Shown here: piece after piece, positions 51,547-63,790 of the stretch | Position numbering within the stretch: position 1 is the stretch's first letter | Layout of the letters: every line of letters starts with the position of its first letter | Origin: Pecten maximus | Taxonomy: Eukaryota | Length of the DNA stretch: 64,000 bases | NCBI RefSeq assembly: GCF_902652985.1 | Contig: NC_047030.1 | Location: 13,082,001 to 13,146,000, forward strand | Direction: 5' to 3' | Notes under the pieces: generated by a model | Databases searched by the model: none | Told to the model about the DNA's origin: nothing | Seen by the model: only the letters and a program-made list of their open reading frames with translations | Position numbers and translations under genes: made by a program

Positions 51547-52642
51547 TATAGCATTGATTCTCTTATGTATTTACCGCACGTGAACTTATACAGCGATCCA
51601 TGACTGATGAGACATGTCTGTCGTAAGGAAGGGTTGTCTTATCAATTTTTGTCGATTTTCATGATTTAGCGGAGGTTTGAGGCAAAAGGGGTACTCTTTT
51701 CTCGAAATGATCAAATGGACTTATTTTACAACGACTTTATTCAAAAGCATATTTTTTGGAGGTTTAATGATATAGAAAAAACGAAATGTAGAGCCTCAAG
51801 AAAATAACCTATACATTATTCGCTCCGGAAGTATGGTGAAATAAATTCACAAGAAGTGAGGACACAGTACGTATTTATATTTATTACTCATAGGAATCTA
51901 AGATTAAACTATTCACAAACTCCATAAACTTGTTCCTTCTGCTGAAATAATTTTGACTCCTCACTGATAAGGCATGAAACAGCGGTATTGCTGCAATCAA
52001 CCGTTATTTATGATACTCTCTCCAAATGTGAATTGACATTTTCATTTCTGTCTTAATGACGAATACTGTTTCGAATCTCTTGGTAGTATGTGCTTTACGG
52101 GGTGGGGTATAAGTAAGGAAATGGGTTCATAAATAACAACATTAAAGTCGTTGTACTCTGCCATCACCTAGGCTGGATTTGGATATTTTTTATTTACTCC
52201 AAAATGATCTAGTAGTATGTAAATATCAATATCATCAGTAATACTTGTTTGTTTCCCTTACATATTGAGAAAAATATAATCTGTATATATCTCCATGGAT
52301 ATCACAAGATCAGACAAGCCTGCTAGTACTCGGCTATAAGGCTATACGTAGTATTAGGTAGCTTGTCGACATTCGGGATATACGTAACGTACTTATTATT
52401 TTATTATTCCAAGAAAAAAATAATTGGTGATAGATTTTAGTAAAAATTAATTTGATTTTTTTTTCCATTAGAAAATATATATTAAATTACGCGTCTCTGA
52501 TTACGCTCCGGGTATAGCAGAAATAACAACAACTGTTGATTCTTCACCGGTAGACTTAATTCACTCTCTGTTCATTCCAACAGTTTAATGATTATGTTTT
52601 TTGCATCTTTTGACCTTTTATTATCGATCACTTTAGGCTTTT

Positions 52643-52781
52643 GGCATCACTGACGAGTCCTAGAAGGACCAAACAGCTGTATGATGTCCCTATCATCACT
52701 GACAAGTCCTATAAGGACGAAATAGCTTTATATTGTCCCTATCATCACTGTCGAGTCCTATGACGGACCAGCTGTATGACG
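52643..52781 (+). ncRNA. Three tandem 49-bp minimal type I hammerhead ribozyme motifs (Penelope/retrozyme-type), each with a core mutation
   Basis: Consensus catca-CTGACGA-GTCC-loop-GGAC-GAAA-cagctg-TA-tgatg: stems I and II and palindromic stem III ACAGCTGT; diverged copy at 59187-59230. Confidence 0.75.
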
Positions 52782-53133
52782 CAGTTGAATTAATTTTGTC
52801 TGTACCGTATTATTTCGAAAATTGCTTATATTTTGTGAGTCTTTCGTACAATCTCTCAAAAAAGCAATATTCAGTTTGGATTTGATACAAAGTATAACAT
52901 GTAATACTGCCAAGCAAAATAAAAAAAAAACATTAAAAATATAATTGTACAGTACGTTTGTCCAACTGGTGTCATTTTGAAATATACGATATACCGGTAT
53001 ATTGTTTTGATAAAGCTATAAATCATACTTGTTAACATTAGTTTCCTTTAAGAGTATATATATATGATGTTCCTGTATTTCCCATCCTTGGTATAGTGTC
53101 ATCGGGAACTTTCCAAAAACGAGAAGTGTAAAC

Positions 53134-56100
53134 ATGCGCCATATTGTTTCGTAACCACATGTGATATCGCCATATTGTTTGCCGTCACCATATGTGATCG
53201 GCGTCATATTGTTTCCCAGCACCACATGTGATATCACTATATTGTTTCCCGTCACCACATATGATATCGTCATATTGTTTCCCGTCACCACATGTGATAT
53301 CCGTCATATTGTTTCCCTGTCACCACATGTGATATCGTCATATTGTTTCCCTGTCACCTCATATGATATCGCCATATTGTTTCCCGTCACCTCATATGAT
53401 ATCCGTCATATTGTTTCCCGGAACCACATATGATATCGTCCTATTGTTTCCCGGCACCACATATGATATCGTCCTATTGTTTCCCATCACCACATATGAT
53501 ATCGTCATATTGTTTCCCGTCAACACATGTAATATCGCCATATTGTTTGCCGTCACCATATGTGATATCGCCATATTGTTTGCCGTCACCATATGTGATC
53601 GGCGTCATATTGTTTCCCGGCACCAAATGTGATATCGCCATATTGTTTCCCTGTCACCTCATATGATATCGCCATATTGTTTCCCGTCACCTCATATGAT
53701 ATCCGTCATATTGTTTCCCGGCACCACATATGATATCGTCATATTGTTTCCCGGCACCACATATGATATCGTCCTATTGTTTCCCTGTCACCACATGTGA
53801 TATCCGTCATATAGTTTCCCATCACCACATATGATATCGTCATATTGTTTCCCGTCACCACATATGATATCGCCATATTGTTTGCCGTCACCATATGTGA
53901 TATCGCCATATTGTTTGCCGTCACCATATGTGATATCGCCATATTGTTTGCCGTCACCATATGTGATCGGCGTCATATTGTTTCCCGGCACCACATGTGA
54001 TATCGCCATATTGTTTCCCTGTCACCACATGTAATATCGCCATATTGTTTTCCGTCACCATATGTGATATCGCCATATTGTTTCCCTGTCACCATATGTG
54101 ATCGGCGTCATATTGTTTTCCGTCACCACATGTGATATCGCCATATTGTTTCCCTGTCACCACATGTGATATCGCCATATTGTTTCCCGTCACCACATGT
54201 GATATCGCCATATTGTTTCCCGTCACCACATGTGATCGGTGTCATATTGTTTCCCGGCACCACATGTGATATCGCCATATTGTTTCCCTGTCACCTCATA
54301 TGATATCGCCATATTGTTTCCCGTCACCACATGTGATATCGCCATATTGTTTCCCGTCACCACATGTGATATCACCATATTGTTTGCCGTCACCATATGT
54401 GATCGGCGTCATATTGTTTCCCGGCACCACATGTGATATCGCCATATTGTTTCCCTGTCACCTCATATGATATCGCCATATTGTTTCCCGTCACCTCATA
54501 TGATATCCGTCATATTGTTTCCCGGCACCACATATGATATCGTCCTATTGTTTCCCGGCACCACATATGATATCGTCCTATTGTTTCCCTGTCACCACAT
54601 GTGATATCCGTCATATAGTTTCCCATCACCACATATGCTATCGTCATATTGTTTCCCGTCACCACATATGATATCGCCATATTGTTTGCCGTCACCATAT
54701 GTGATATCGCCATATTGTTTGCCATCACCATATGTGATATCGCCATATTGTTTGCCGTCACCATATGTGATCGGCGTCATATTGTTTCCCGGCACCACAT
54801 GTGATATCGCCATATTGTTTCCCTGTCACCACATGTAATATCGCCATATTGTTTGCCGTCACCATATGTGATATCGCCATATTGTTTCCCTGTCACCACA
54901 TGTGATATCGTAATATTGTTTCCCGTCACCACATGTGATATCGCCATATTGTTTCCCTGTCACCACATGTGATATCGCCATATTGTTTCCCGTCACCACA
55001 TGTGATATCGCCATATTGTTTCCCGTCATCACATGTGATATCGCCATATTGTTTCTCGTCACCACATGTGATATCGTCATATTGTTTCCCGTCACCTCAT
55101 ATGATATCCGTCATATTGTTTCCCTGTCACCACATATGATATCGCCATATTGTTTCCCGTCACCACATATGATATCGTCATATTGTTTCCCTGTCACCAC
55201 ATGTGATATCGCCATATTGTTTCCCGTCACCACATATGATATCGCCATATTGTTTCCCGGCACCACATATGATATCGTCATATTGTTTCCCGGCACCACA
55301 TGTGATATCGCCATATTGTTTCCCTGTCACCTCATATGATATCGCCATATTGTTTCCCGTCACCTCATATGATATCCGCCATATTGTTTCCCGGCACCAC
55401 ATATGATATCGTCCTATTGTTTCCCGGCACCACATATGATATCGTCCTATTGTTTCCCTGTCACCACATGTGATATCCGTCATATAGTTTCCCATCACCA
55501 CATATGATATCGTCATATTGTTTCCCGTCACCACATATGATATCGCCATATTGTTTCCCGGCACCATATGTGATATCGCCATATTGTTTGCCGTCACCAT
55601 ATGTGATATCGCCATATTGTTTGCCGTCACCATATGTGATCGGCGTCATATTGTTTCCCGGCACCACATGTGATATCGCCATATTGTTTGCCGTCACCAT
55701 ATGTGATATCGCCATATTGTTTGCCGTCACCATATGTGATATCGCCATATTGTTTGCCGTCACCATATGTGATATCGCCATATTATTTGCCGTCACCATA
55801 TGTGATATCGCCATATTGTTTGCCGTCACCATATGTGATCGGCGTCATATTGTTTCCCGGCACCACATGTGATATCGCCATATTGTTTCCCTGTCACCAA
55901 GGGGCCGCGGTGGCCGAGTGGTTAAGGTGTCCCGACACTTTAACACTAGCCCTCCACCTCTGAGTTGCGAGTTCGAAACCTACGTGGGGCAGTTGCCAGG
56001 TACTGACCGTTGGCCGGTGGTTTTTCTCCGGGTACTCCGGCTTTCCTCCACTTCCAAAACCTGGCACGTCCTTAAATGACCCTGGCTGTTAATAGGACGT

Positions 56101-56340
56101 TAAACAAAAACAATCCCTGTCACCACATGTGATATCGCCATATTCTTTCCCTGTCACCACATGTGATATCGTAATATTGTTTCCCTGTCACCACATGTGA
56201 TATCGCCATATTGTTTCCCGTCACCACATATGATATCCGCCATATTTTCCACGTCAACACCTTAGATATCCGCCATATTCCCCCCTTGAACACCCTTGAT
56301 ATCCGCCATATTGTATTCCGTATAACATATGATGCCCGCC
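53134..56340 (+). repeat. 33/34-bp satellite array (~3 kb) with higher-order structure
   Basis: Unit gatatcgccatattgtttcccgtcaccacatgt; the variant catatagtttcccatc recurs at ~53808, ~54612, ~55481. Confidence 0.95.
55900..56113 (+). mobile_element. Young full-length tRNA-derived V-domain SINE inserted in the satellite
   Basis: A and B boxes, V-type core, aaacaaaaacaa tail, 12-bp TSD TCCCTGTCACCA (55888-55899, 56114-56125). Confidence 0.95.
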
Positions 56341-56852
56341 TTAGTGTCGCCTGTTTAGGTCCTGATCGTTGTTTGGATTAACTTGTTACATTTAGATCAA
56401 TTACGGATGCCTTCTTGAACGGGGCCAACCTTAGGGCGATTTTAAATATCATATCTTCATTTGGATAGTGTTTGAGTTAAGGTTTGTTTTAACTGGTTAA
56501 AAAGATTTTTACAGATTAAGTTCTTCCTCGTTCGTAAGATAAGATATGTGCTTGTTATTCCTTTGTGTGTCTCAGAACACAAACAACGCGGAAGTCGTAA
56601 CTAACGACAAGGAACCTCATGGAGAGAAAACATTCCTATTATCTTGAGAAATGTGTCATGTTCTCATGAAAAATATAAAAGAGCGGGTTACACAAAGGAA
56701 GTGCGTTTTTGTTATCAAGGATATACACAAACCCATGAAAAAATTACTATACTTATGTATATAAATGCATATGTAGACCTTTTTGACTTTAGGTGTAATA
56801 TGCCAAGCGACTATAGACAGTTGACAGTATTGCTGGATGGGCATACCTCTAT

Positions 56853-57108
56853 GGTCCGTGCAACACGAAACGATTTTGGATATTTGAAATTTTAGATTTT
56901 TATTCAAACATAAAAATCTAAAAATTCAAAACGGTTTTGAAATGTGAGAATTTTGGTCAAAAACCCTAAAAATCTAAAAACTCATTGAAAGTTGAAACTT
57001 TAGAATTTTTGTTTTGAAATTTGATATTACAGGTTTTTGATCAAAAATCTAAAAATCTAAAATTCTGAAACATTTTAGAATTTTGAATGATTAAGTGTTA
57101 CACGGACC
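56853..57108. mobile_element. MITE with 14-bp TIR and 6-bp TSD
   Basis: GGTCCGTGCAACAC ... GTGTTACACGGACC; CTCTAT at 56847-56852 and 57109-57114; internal aaaatctaaaa motifs in both orientations. Confidence 0.8.
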
Positions 57109-57863
57109 CTCTATAGACCGGTATTTCAAAGCAATACTCACATCGGCACAGAAATATATTACTGTATCAGCATATCGTTTTGACTTGTCCCTTTATTCTT
57201 TATTATATCTGAATCAATAACATAACTACTGTGTAAAAAACACGAAAGACATGTCCTAATCCGTGTCATCTAGACGCACCGGAAATGTGTTTTTGCAACC
57301 CAGATTGTGAAAGTGAAAGCAGTATAGGCGGCCGTTGGCAGACGACAGACATACATTTATGTTTGGAAAAACAAAATCTAAAGTGAGGCTGCACTTCAAA
57401 CAAGCCATTGAACAAGACAAGGCGATATGCCTACTCTGCGATGCATAAGTTAATAAAATACCAAATACTGAAAAAATGGAATTGTAAACATTTATCGAAA
57501 TGGTATCAAATGTGAAAGTTTTCTTCAATTATTTGCACGTGAAATACCGTTTCTACATCTTACTGGTAAATGAAAGAACAGCAAATTACAAATAACAGTT
57601 TATTGTTAATATTAAGATTAGATCTTTTAATATAGATCTAAATAATATCTAAATTTGAAATAATTGTCATTAAAAATCAATGTCTTTTTTGAATAAAAAG
57701 AAGTAATAATTTTGAAAAATGTAAATTTTAATATTTCACTAGATCTATTCTAAGATCAGAAGATTAAATCACACAAAATAAAAATGAATAAGCAAATTCG
57801 TTTACAAGATATTTAAAGACATTACACGCTTTCAACAGAAAGGAACAGACATTCCTGTATTTA

Positions 57864-57947
57864 CAACACGTATCGTGTATTGTTTTAGCGTGTCGCAACA
57901 CGTATCGTATTGTTTTAGCGTGTCGCAACACGTATCGTATTGTTTTA
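57864..57947 (+). repeat. ~30-bp tandem repeat x3
   Basis: caacacgtatcgtattgttttagcgtgtcg. Confidence 0.85.
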
Positions 57948-58598
57948 ACCCTTCCGATACCAAGGCCTAATAGACATACGTTTATTTCACAACTTTCTAT
58001 AACATCACAGTATGATACATTCAGCTTTGTAAATATTTTCTGATGTATACATCCCTACGTTATATCGTCCAACCAAAGGCCTATAACATATACCTGTATA
58101 CATGTACATGTACATGTTTGTCGAAGCACTAGACTAGAGCATTAAGAAGCAGTCGTGCTTTTGCTGCTCGGTATTTTCAATATAATTTTTCAATATTTTA
58201 TGTCTTACTATCGCTGCGGTTTCCACGAAAGTGTGATGAATTTTGTTTGATTTTAGAGATACATTTGGCAGTCTTTTACACCACGTTTATTTCCTAAGGA
58301 GACAACCCTTCAAAAACAATTAGTCTTATTGAACTTGTACTTAATCAATTATCTCCCTTCCTTTTGCTCTACGTTTCCCAATATATTTTCATGTCGGTTG
58401 TCTTGTTGTTCAGCTGAACAAAATTATATGTAGAACAGAACATGATCAAGAAAAAAAACAAAACATTATTACCTGATAATTTTATTTCCCTTATGAAAAC
58501 TGGCTACATATATACATACTTTTTTTCTTCAAATATTCAGAATTCAGAATTCAGAACAGGAAGTTTACCCAATGATGATATCATACTTGTTTTGATAT

Positions 58599-58705
58599 CA
58601 CGTGACCTTCTAAAATATTGACCCGGCATGTACATTATAAAGGGCCCGTAAACCTGCACTTGGCGTTGTTGGATACATCAGCAGGACAATTTCCACTTAA
58701 ACAAG
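58599..58705 (+). promoter_or_regulatory. Putative promoter (E-box, TATA) and non-coding exon 1 of gene D
   Basis: CACGTG 58599, TATAAAG 58636, donor AAG|GTAATA at 58706; same layout as gene C. Confidence 0.55.
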
Positions 58706-59537
58706 GTAATATCAGTATATTTAACTATCGTCCAGGATGATACCTTCTCATAGTATTTACATTGTTTTATATAATACAAAGTATCACTATATATTATTAG
58801 TGACTATAATATTCATTACAATATTTTGTGAATTAAGTTTCTGTTGTTTTCTGAGCTCTGCGTTTATTATTTTGAAAATTACTTTTTTATTTAACAAAAT
58901 GATATGGAAGTGACATATTGTATGGTTGAAGACAAATACAATGAGATTTTATCTATAAACGTTATCAATTACTGAATCAGCCGTAATCAGACATTGTCGT
59001 GTCAATTCTTTCTTGTAAATATGTTTAGCGCTGAAAAGTTATGACTTTATTTCTTGCTGATCAGTTTAAAATAGTGATAGTTGAGTATGGTTTACTTGAG
59101 GCAATCAGATATTATACACTATTTTTGAATGTAAAACGCACAGAAAACATAATTCGCATATTAAGCATCAAAACTTAGGTCCTTAACATCACTATAAGGA
59201 GTCTTAGAAGGACGAATCAGTGGTATGACGCAGTTTAATTCTTAACTCTACTGTATTGAGAAGTCCGCTTCTAATTATCAATTGGTGTAGAAATGTGTTA
59301 ATATATTGTGTGTCTTTTGAGTAATCATTTAAAGTCCTCTATACTCCCCATCAGAATTCATAATATTTCCAAAATATTAGCTAAAATAACAATTCGACTT
59401 GAAATAAGTGATAGATAATTTTTAGTTTATTTAAAAAAATTCTGTCCGCAAAACAATGTATTTATAACTTCCTTATAACAACAAAGGCATCAATCCATCT
59501 GTAATGTAATCACTTGTTTCCTTTCGTGGATTTCCAG

Positions 59538-59592
59538 ATGCAGCTTCCGGTATATTACATATCACTTGTAGTTCTGACAATCGTCCTGTACG
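59538..59592 (+). CDS. Gene D signal-peptide exon (partial gene; next exon unresolved)
   Basis: atttccAG|ATG, 55 nt, phase 1, GTAAGT donor; encodes MQLPVYYISLVVLTIVLY; same size and phase as genes A-C. Confidence 0.7.
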
Positions 59593-60310
59593 GTAAGTAT
59601 GACACTCCCTCGATCAGATAAATATTATTAAATACCCCTAGTTGTGTTAACCATCGTTTTGTGCGGTAAGTATGGCACTCTTTTGGTCAGATATATATTA
59701 TCAAATACCCCTAGTTGTTCTGACAATCGTCCTGTACGGTAAGTATGACACTCCCTCGATCAGATAAATATTATCAAATACCCCTAGTTGTGTTGACCAT
59801 CGTTTTGTGCGGTAAGTATGACACTCTCGCGGTCAGATATATATTATCAAATACCCCTAGTTGTGTTGACCATCGTTTTGTGCGGTAAGTATGACACTCT
59901 CGCGGTCAGATATATATTATCAAATACCCCTAGTTGTGTTAACCATCGTTTTGTGCGGTAAGTATGACACTCCCTCGATCAGATAAATATTATTAAATAC
60001 CCCTAGTTGTTCTGACTATTGTCCTGTACGGTAAGTATGACACTCTCTTGGTCAGATATATATTATCAAATACCCCTAGTTGTGTTGACCATCGTTTTGT
60101 GCGGTAAGTATGACACTCTCGCGGTCAGATATATATTATCAAATACCCCTAGTTGTGTTGACCATCGTTTTGTGCGGTAAGTATGACACTCTCGCGGTCA
60201 GATATATATTATCAAATACCCCTAGTTGTGTTGACCATCGTTTTGTGCGGTAAGTATGACACTTCCTCGGTCAGATATATATATATTGACTATCGTACTG
60301 TACGGTAATT
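59552..60310 (+). repeat. 73-bp tandem array of the gene D exon end plus splice donor (10 regular donors + degenerate units)
   Basis: CG|GTAAGTATG donors at 59593, 59666, 59739, 59812, 59885, 59958, 60031, 60104, 60177, 60250; shortened unit with donor at 60305. Confidence 0.95.
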
Positions 60311-60414
60311 ATTCCACTCTTTCGGTCAGATAAATACTATTTAACATCGCGGTAAGTATTCCTGTCTGTCGTCGGATAAATGTAATCTACCATCCTGGTG
60401 AGTATCGGTTACCG

Positions 60415-63400
60415 GTAACGTGTATAACTGGACCTGTACCTGTATCTATGCTTGTATCTGTTACGTGTACCGGTTACGTGTATACCTGGACCTGTACCTG
60501 TATCTATGCTTGTACCTGTTACGTGTACCGGTTACGTGTATACATGGACCTGTACCTGTATCTATGCTTGTACTTGTTACGTGTACCGGTTACGTGTATA
60601 CCTGGACCTGTACCTGTATCTATGCTTGTACCTGTTACGTGTACCGGTTACGTGTATACCTGGACCTGTACCTGTACCTGTTACCTGTATCTGTTACCTG
60701 TATCTGTTACGTGTTACTTATACTGACCTGTTACTTGTACCTGTTACTTGTACCTGTTACGTGTTACCTGTACCTGCTACCTGTAACGTGTTACCTGTAC
60801 TGTACCTGTTACCTGTATCTGTTACGTGTTACCTGTTGCTGTTACCTGTTACATGTTACCTATACTGTACCTGTTACGTGTTACCTATACTGTACCTGTT
60901 ACATGTTACCTATACTGTACCTGTTACGTGTTACCTATACTCTACCTGTTACCTGTACCTGTTACGTGTGACCTATACTGTACCTGTTACCTGTTACCTA
61001 TACTGTACCTGTTACGTGTTACCTATACTGTACCTGTAACGTGTTACCTATACTGTACCTGTAACGTGTTACCTATACTGTACCTGTTACCTATACTGTA
61101 CCTGTTACGTGTTGCCTGTACCTGTTACCTGTACCTGATACCTGTACCTGTTACCTATACCTGTTACGTGTTACCTGTACCTGTTACGTGTTACCTATAC
61201 TATATCTGTTACGTGTTACCTATACTCTACCTGTTACCTGTACCTGTTACGTGTTTCCTTTACTGTACCTGTTTCGTTTTACCTATACTGTACCTGTTAC
61301 CTGTACCTGTTACGTGTTACCTATATTGTACCTGTTACGTGTTACCTGTTACGTATTACCTGTATACCTGCACCTGTTACTGTTACCTGTACTGTAACAT
61401 GTACGTGTACCTTGTATACATGTTACCTGCATACCAGATACCTGAATACCTGTACCTGTAACTATACCTGTATACCTATTACCTGTTACCTATATACCTG
61501 TATACATGTTACCTGTATACCTGTATACATGTTACCTGTATACCTGTACCTGTTACCTGTATACCTGTTACCTATATACCTGTATACCTGTATACCTGTA
61601 TACCTGTATACCTGTAACCTGTTACCTGTAACCTGTATACCTGTAACCTGTTACCTGTATACCTGTATACCTGTATACCCGTATACCTGTATACCTGTAT
61701 ACCTGTATACCCGTATACCCGTATACCTGTATACCTGTATACCTGTAACCTGTATACCTGTAACCTGTTACCTGTAACCTGTATACCTGTATACCTGTAT
61801 ACCTGTATACCTGTAACCTGTTACCTGTAACCCGTATACCTGTATACCTGTAACCTGTTACCTGTATACCTGTATACCTGTATACCTATATACCTGTATA
61901 CCTGTAACCTGTAACATGTTACCTGTATACCTGTATACCTGTAACCTGTTACCTGTATACCTGTATACCTACTACCTATATACCTGTATACCTGTATACC
62001 TGTTACCTGTTACCTGTATACCTGTATACCTGTTACCTGTAACCTCTTACCTGTTACCTGTATACCTGTATATCTGTATACCTGTATATCTGTATACCTG
62101 TATATCTGTATACCTGTATACCTGTATACCTGTGACCTGTATACCTGTATATCTGTATACATGTATACCTGTATACATGTTACCTGTATACCTGTATACC
62201 TGTACCGGTACCTATATATGGACCTGTATACCTGTATACCTGTTACCTGTATACCTGTATACCTGTATACCTGTGTACCCGTATACCTGTGTACCCGTAT
62301 ACCTGTGTACCTGTGTACCTGTTACCTGTATACCTGTATACCTGTATACCTATACCTGTACCGGTAACTATATATGGACCTGTATACCTGTATACCTGTA
62401 TACCTGTACCGGTAACTATATATGGACCTGTATACCTGTATACCTGTACCGGTACCTATATATGGACCTGTATACCTGTATACCTGTTACCTGTATACCT
62501 GTATACCTGTGTACCCGTATACCTGTGTACCCGTATACCTGTGTACCTGTGTACCTGTGTACCTGTATACCTGTATACCTGTATACCTATACTTGTACCG
62601 GTAACTATATATGGACCTGTATACCTGTACCTGTTACCTGTATACCTGTATACCTGTATACCTATACCTGTACCGGTAACTATATATGGACCTGTATACC
62701 TGTACCTGTTACCTGTATACCTGTATACCTGTATACTTGTATACCTATACCTGTACCTATATATGGACCTGTATACCTGTTACCTGAATACCTGTATACC
62801 TGTTACCTGTATATCTGTATATCTGTATACCTGTATACCTGTATACCTGTACCTGTACCTATATATGGACCTGTATACCTGTTACCTGTATACATGTTAC
62901 CTGTATACATGTTACCTGTATACCTGTATACCTGTATACCTGTATATCTGTATACCTGTACCTGTACCTATATATGGGCCTGTATACCTGTTACTTGTAT
63001 ACATGTTACCTGTTACCTGTATACCTGTATACCTGTTACCTGTATACCTGTATACCTGTATACCTGTATACCTGTTACCTGTATACCTGTTACCTGTATA
63101 CATGTTACCTGTATACCTGTATACCTGTTACCTGTATACCTGTTACCTGTATACCTGTTACCTGTATACCTGTTACCTGTATACCTGTTACCTGTATACC
63201 TGTATACCTATACCTGTACCGGTAACTATATGGACCTGTATACCTGTACCTGTTACCTGTATACCTGTATACCTGTATACTTGTATACCTATACCTGTAC
63301 CTATATATGGACCTGTATACCTGTTACCTGAATACCTGTATACCTGTATACCTGTATACCTGTTACCTGTATATCTGTATACCTGTATACCTGTACCTGT

Positions 63401-63790
63401 ACCTATATATGGACCTGTATACCTGTTACCTGTACCTATATATGGACCTGTATACCTGTTACCTGTAAACATGTTACCTGTATACCTGTATACCTGTATA
63501 CCTGTATACCTGTTACCTGTATACATGTTACCTGTATACCTGTATACCTGTTACCTGTATACCTGTTACCTGTATACCTGTATACCTGTATATCTGTATA
63601 CCTGTACCTGTACCTGTACCTATATATGGGCCTGTATACCTGTTACTTGTATACATGGTACCTGTTACCTGTATACCTGTATACCTGTATACCTGTTACC
63701 TGTATACCTGTTACCTGTATACCTGTACCTGTACCTATATATGGACCTGTATACCTGTTACCTGTATACATGTTACCTGTATACCTGTAC
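60415..63790 (+). repeat. 3.4-kb compound CCTGT(A/TA/ATA) micro/minisatellite
   Basis: 58-bp units at 60429-60670 grade into 6-8-bp units cctgta/cctgtta/cctgtata. Confidence 0.95.

Noticed and set aside
53016-55963. Many short ORFs in the 33/34-bp satellite
   Set aside because: Repeat artefacts on both strands with frequent frame shifts
59593-60310. CRISPR-like look of regularly spaced repeats (also 901-4504)
   Set aside because: No unique spacers, no cas genes, eukaryotic context
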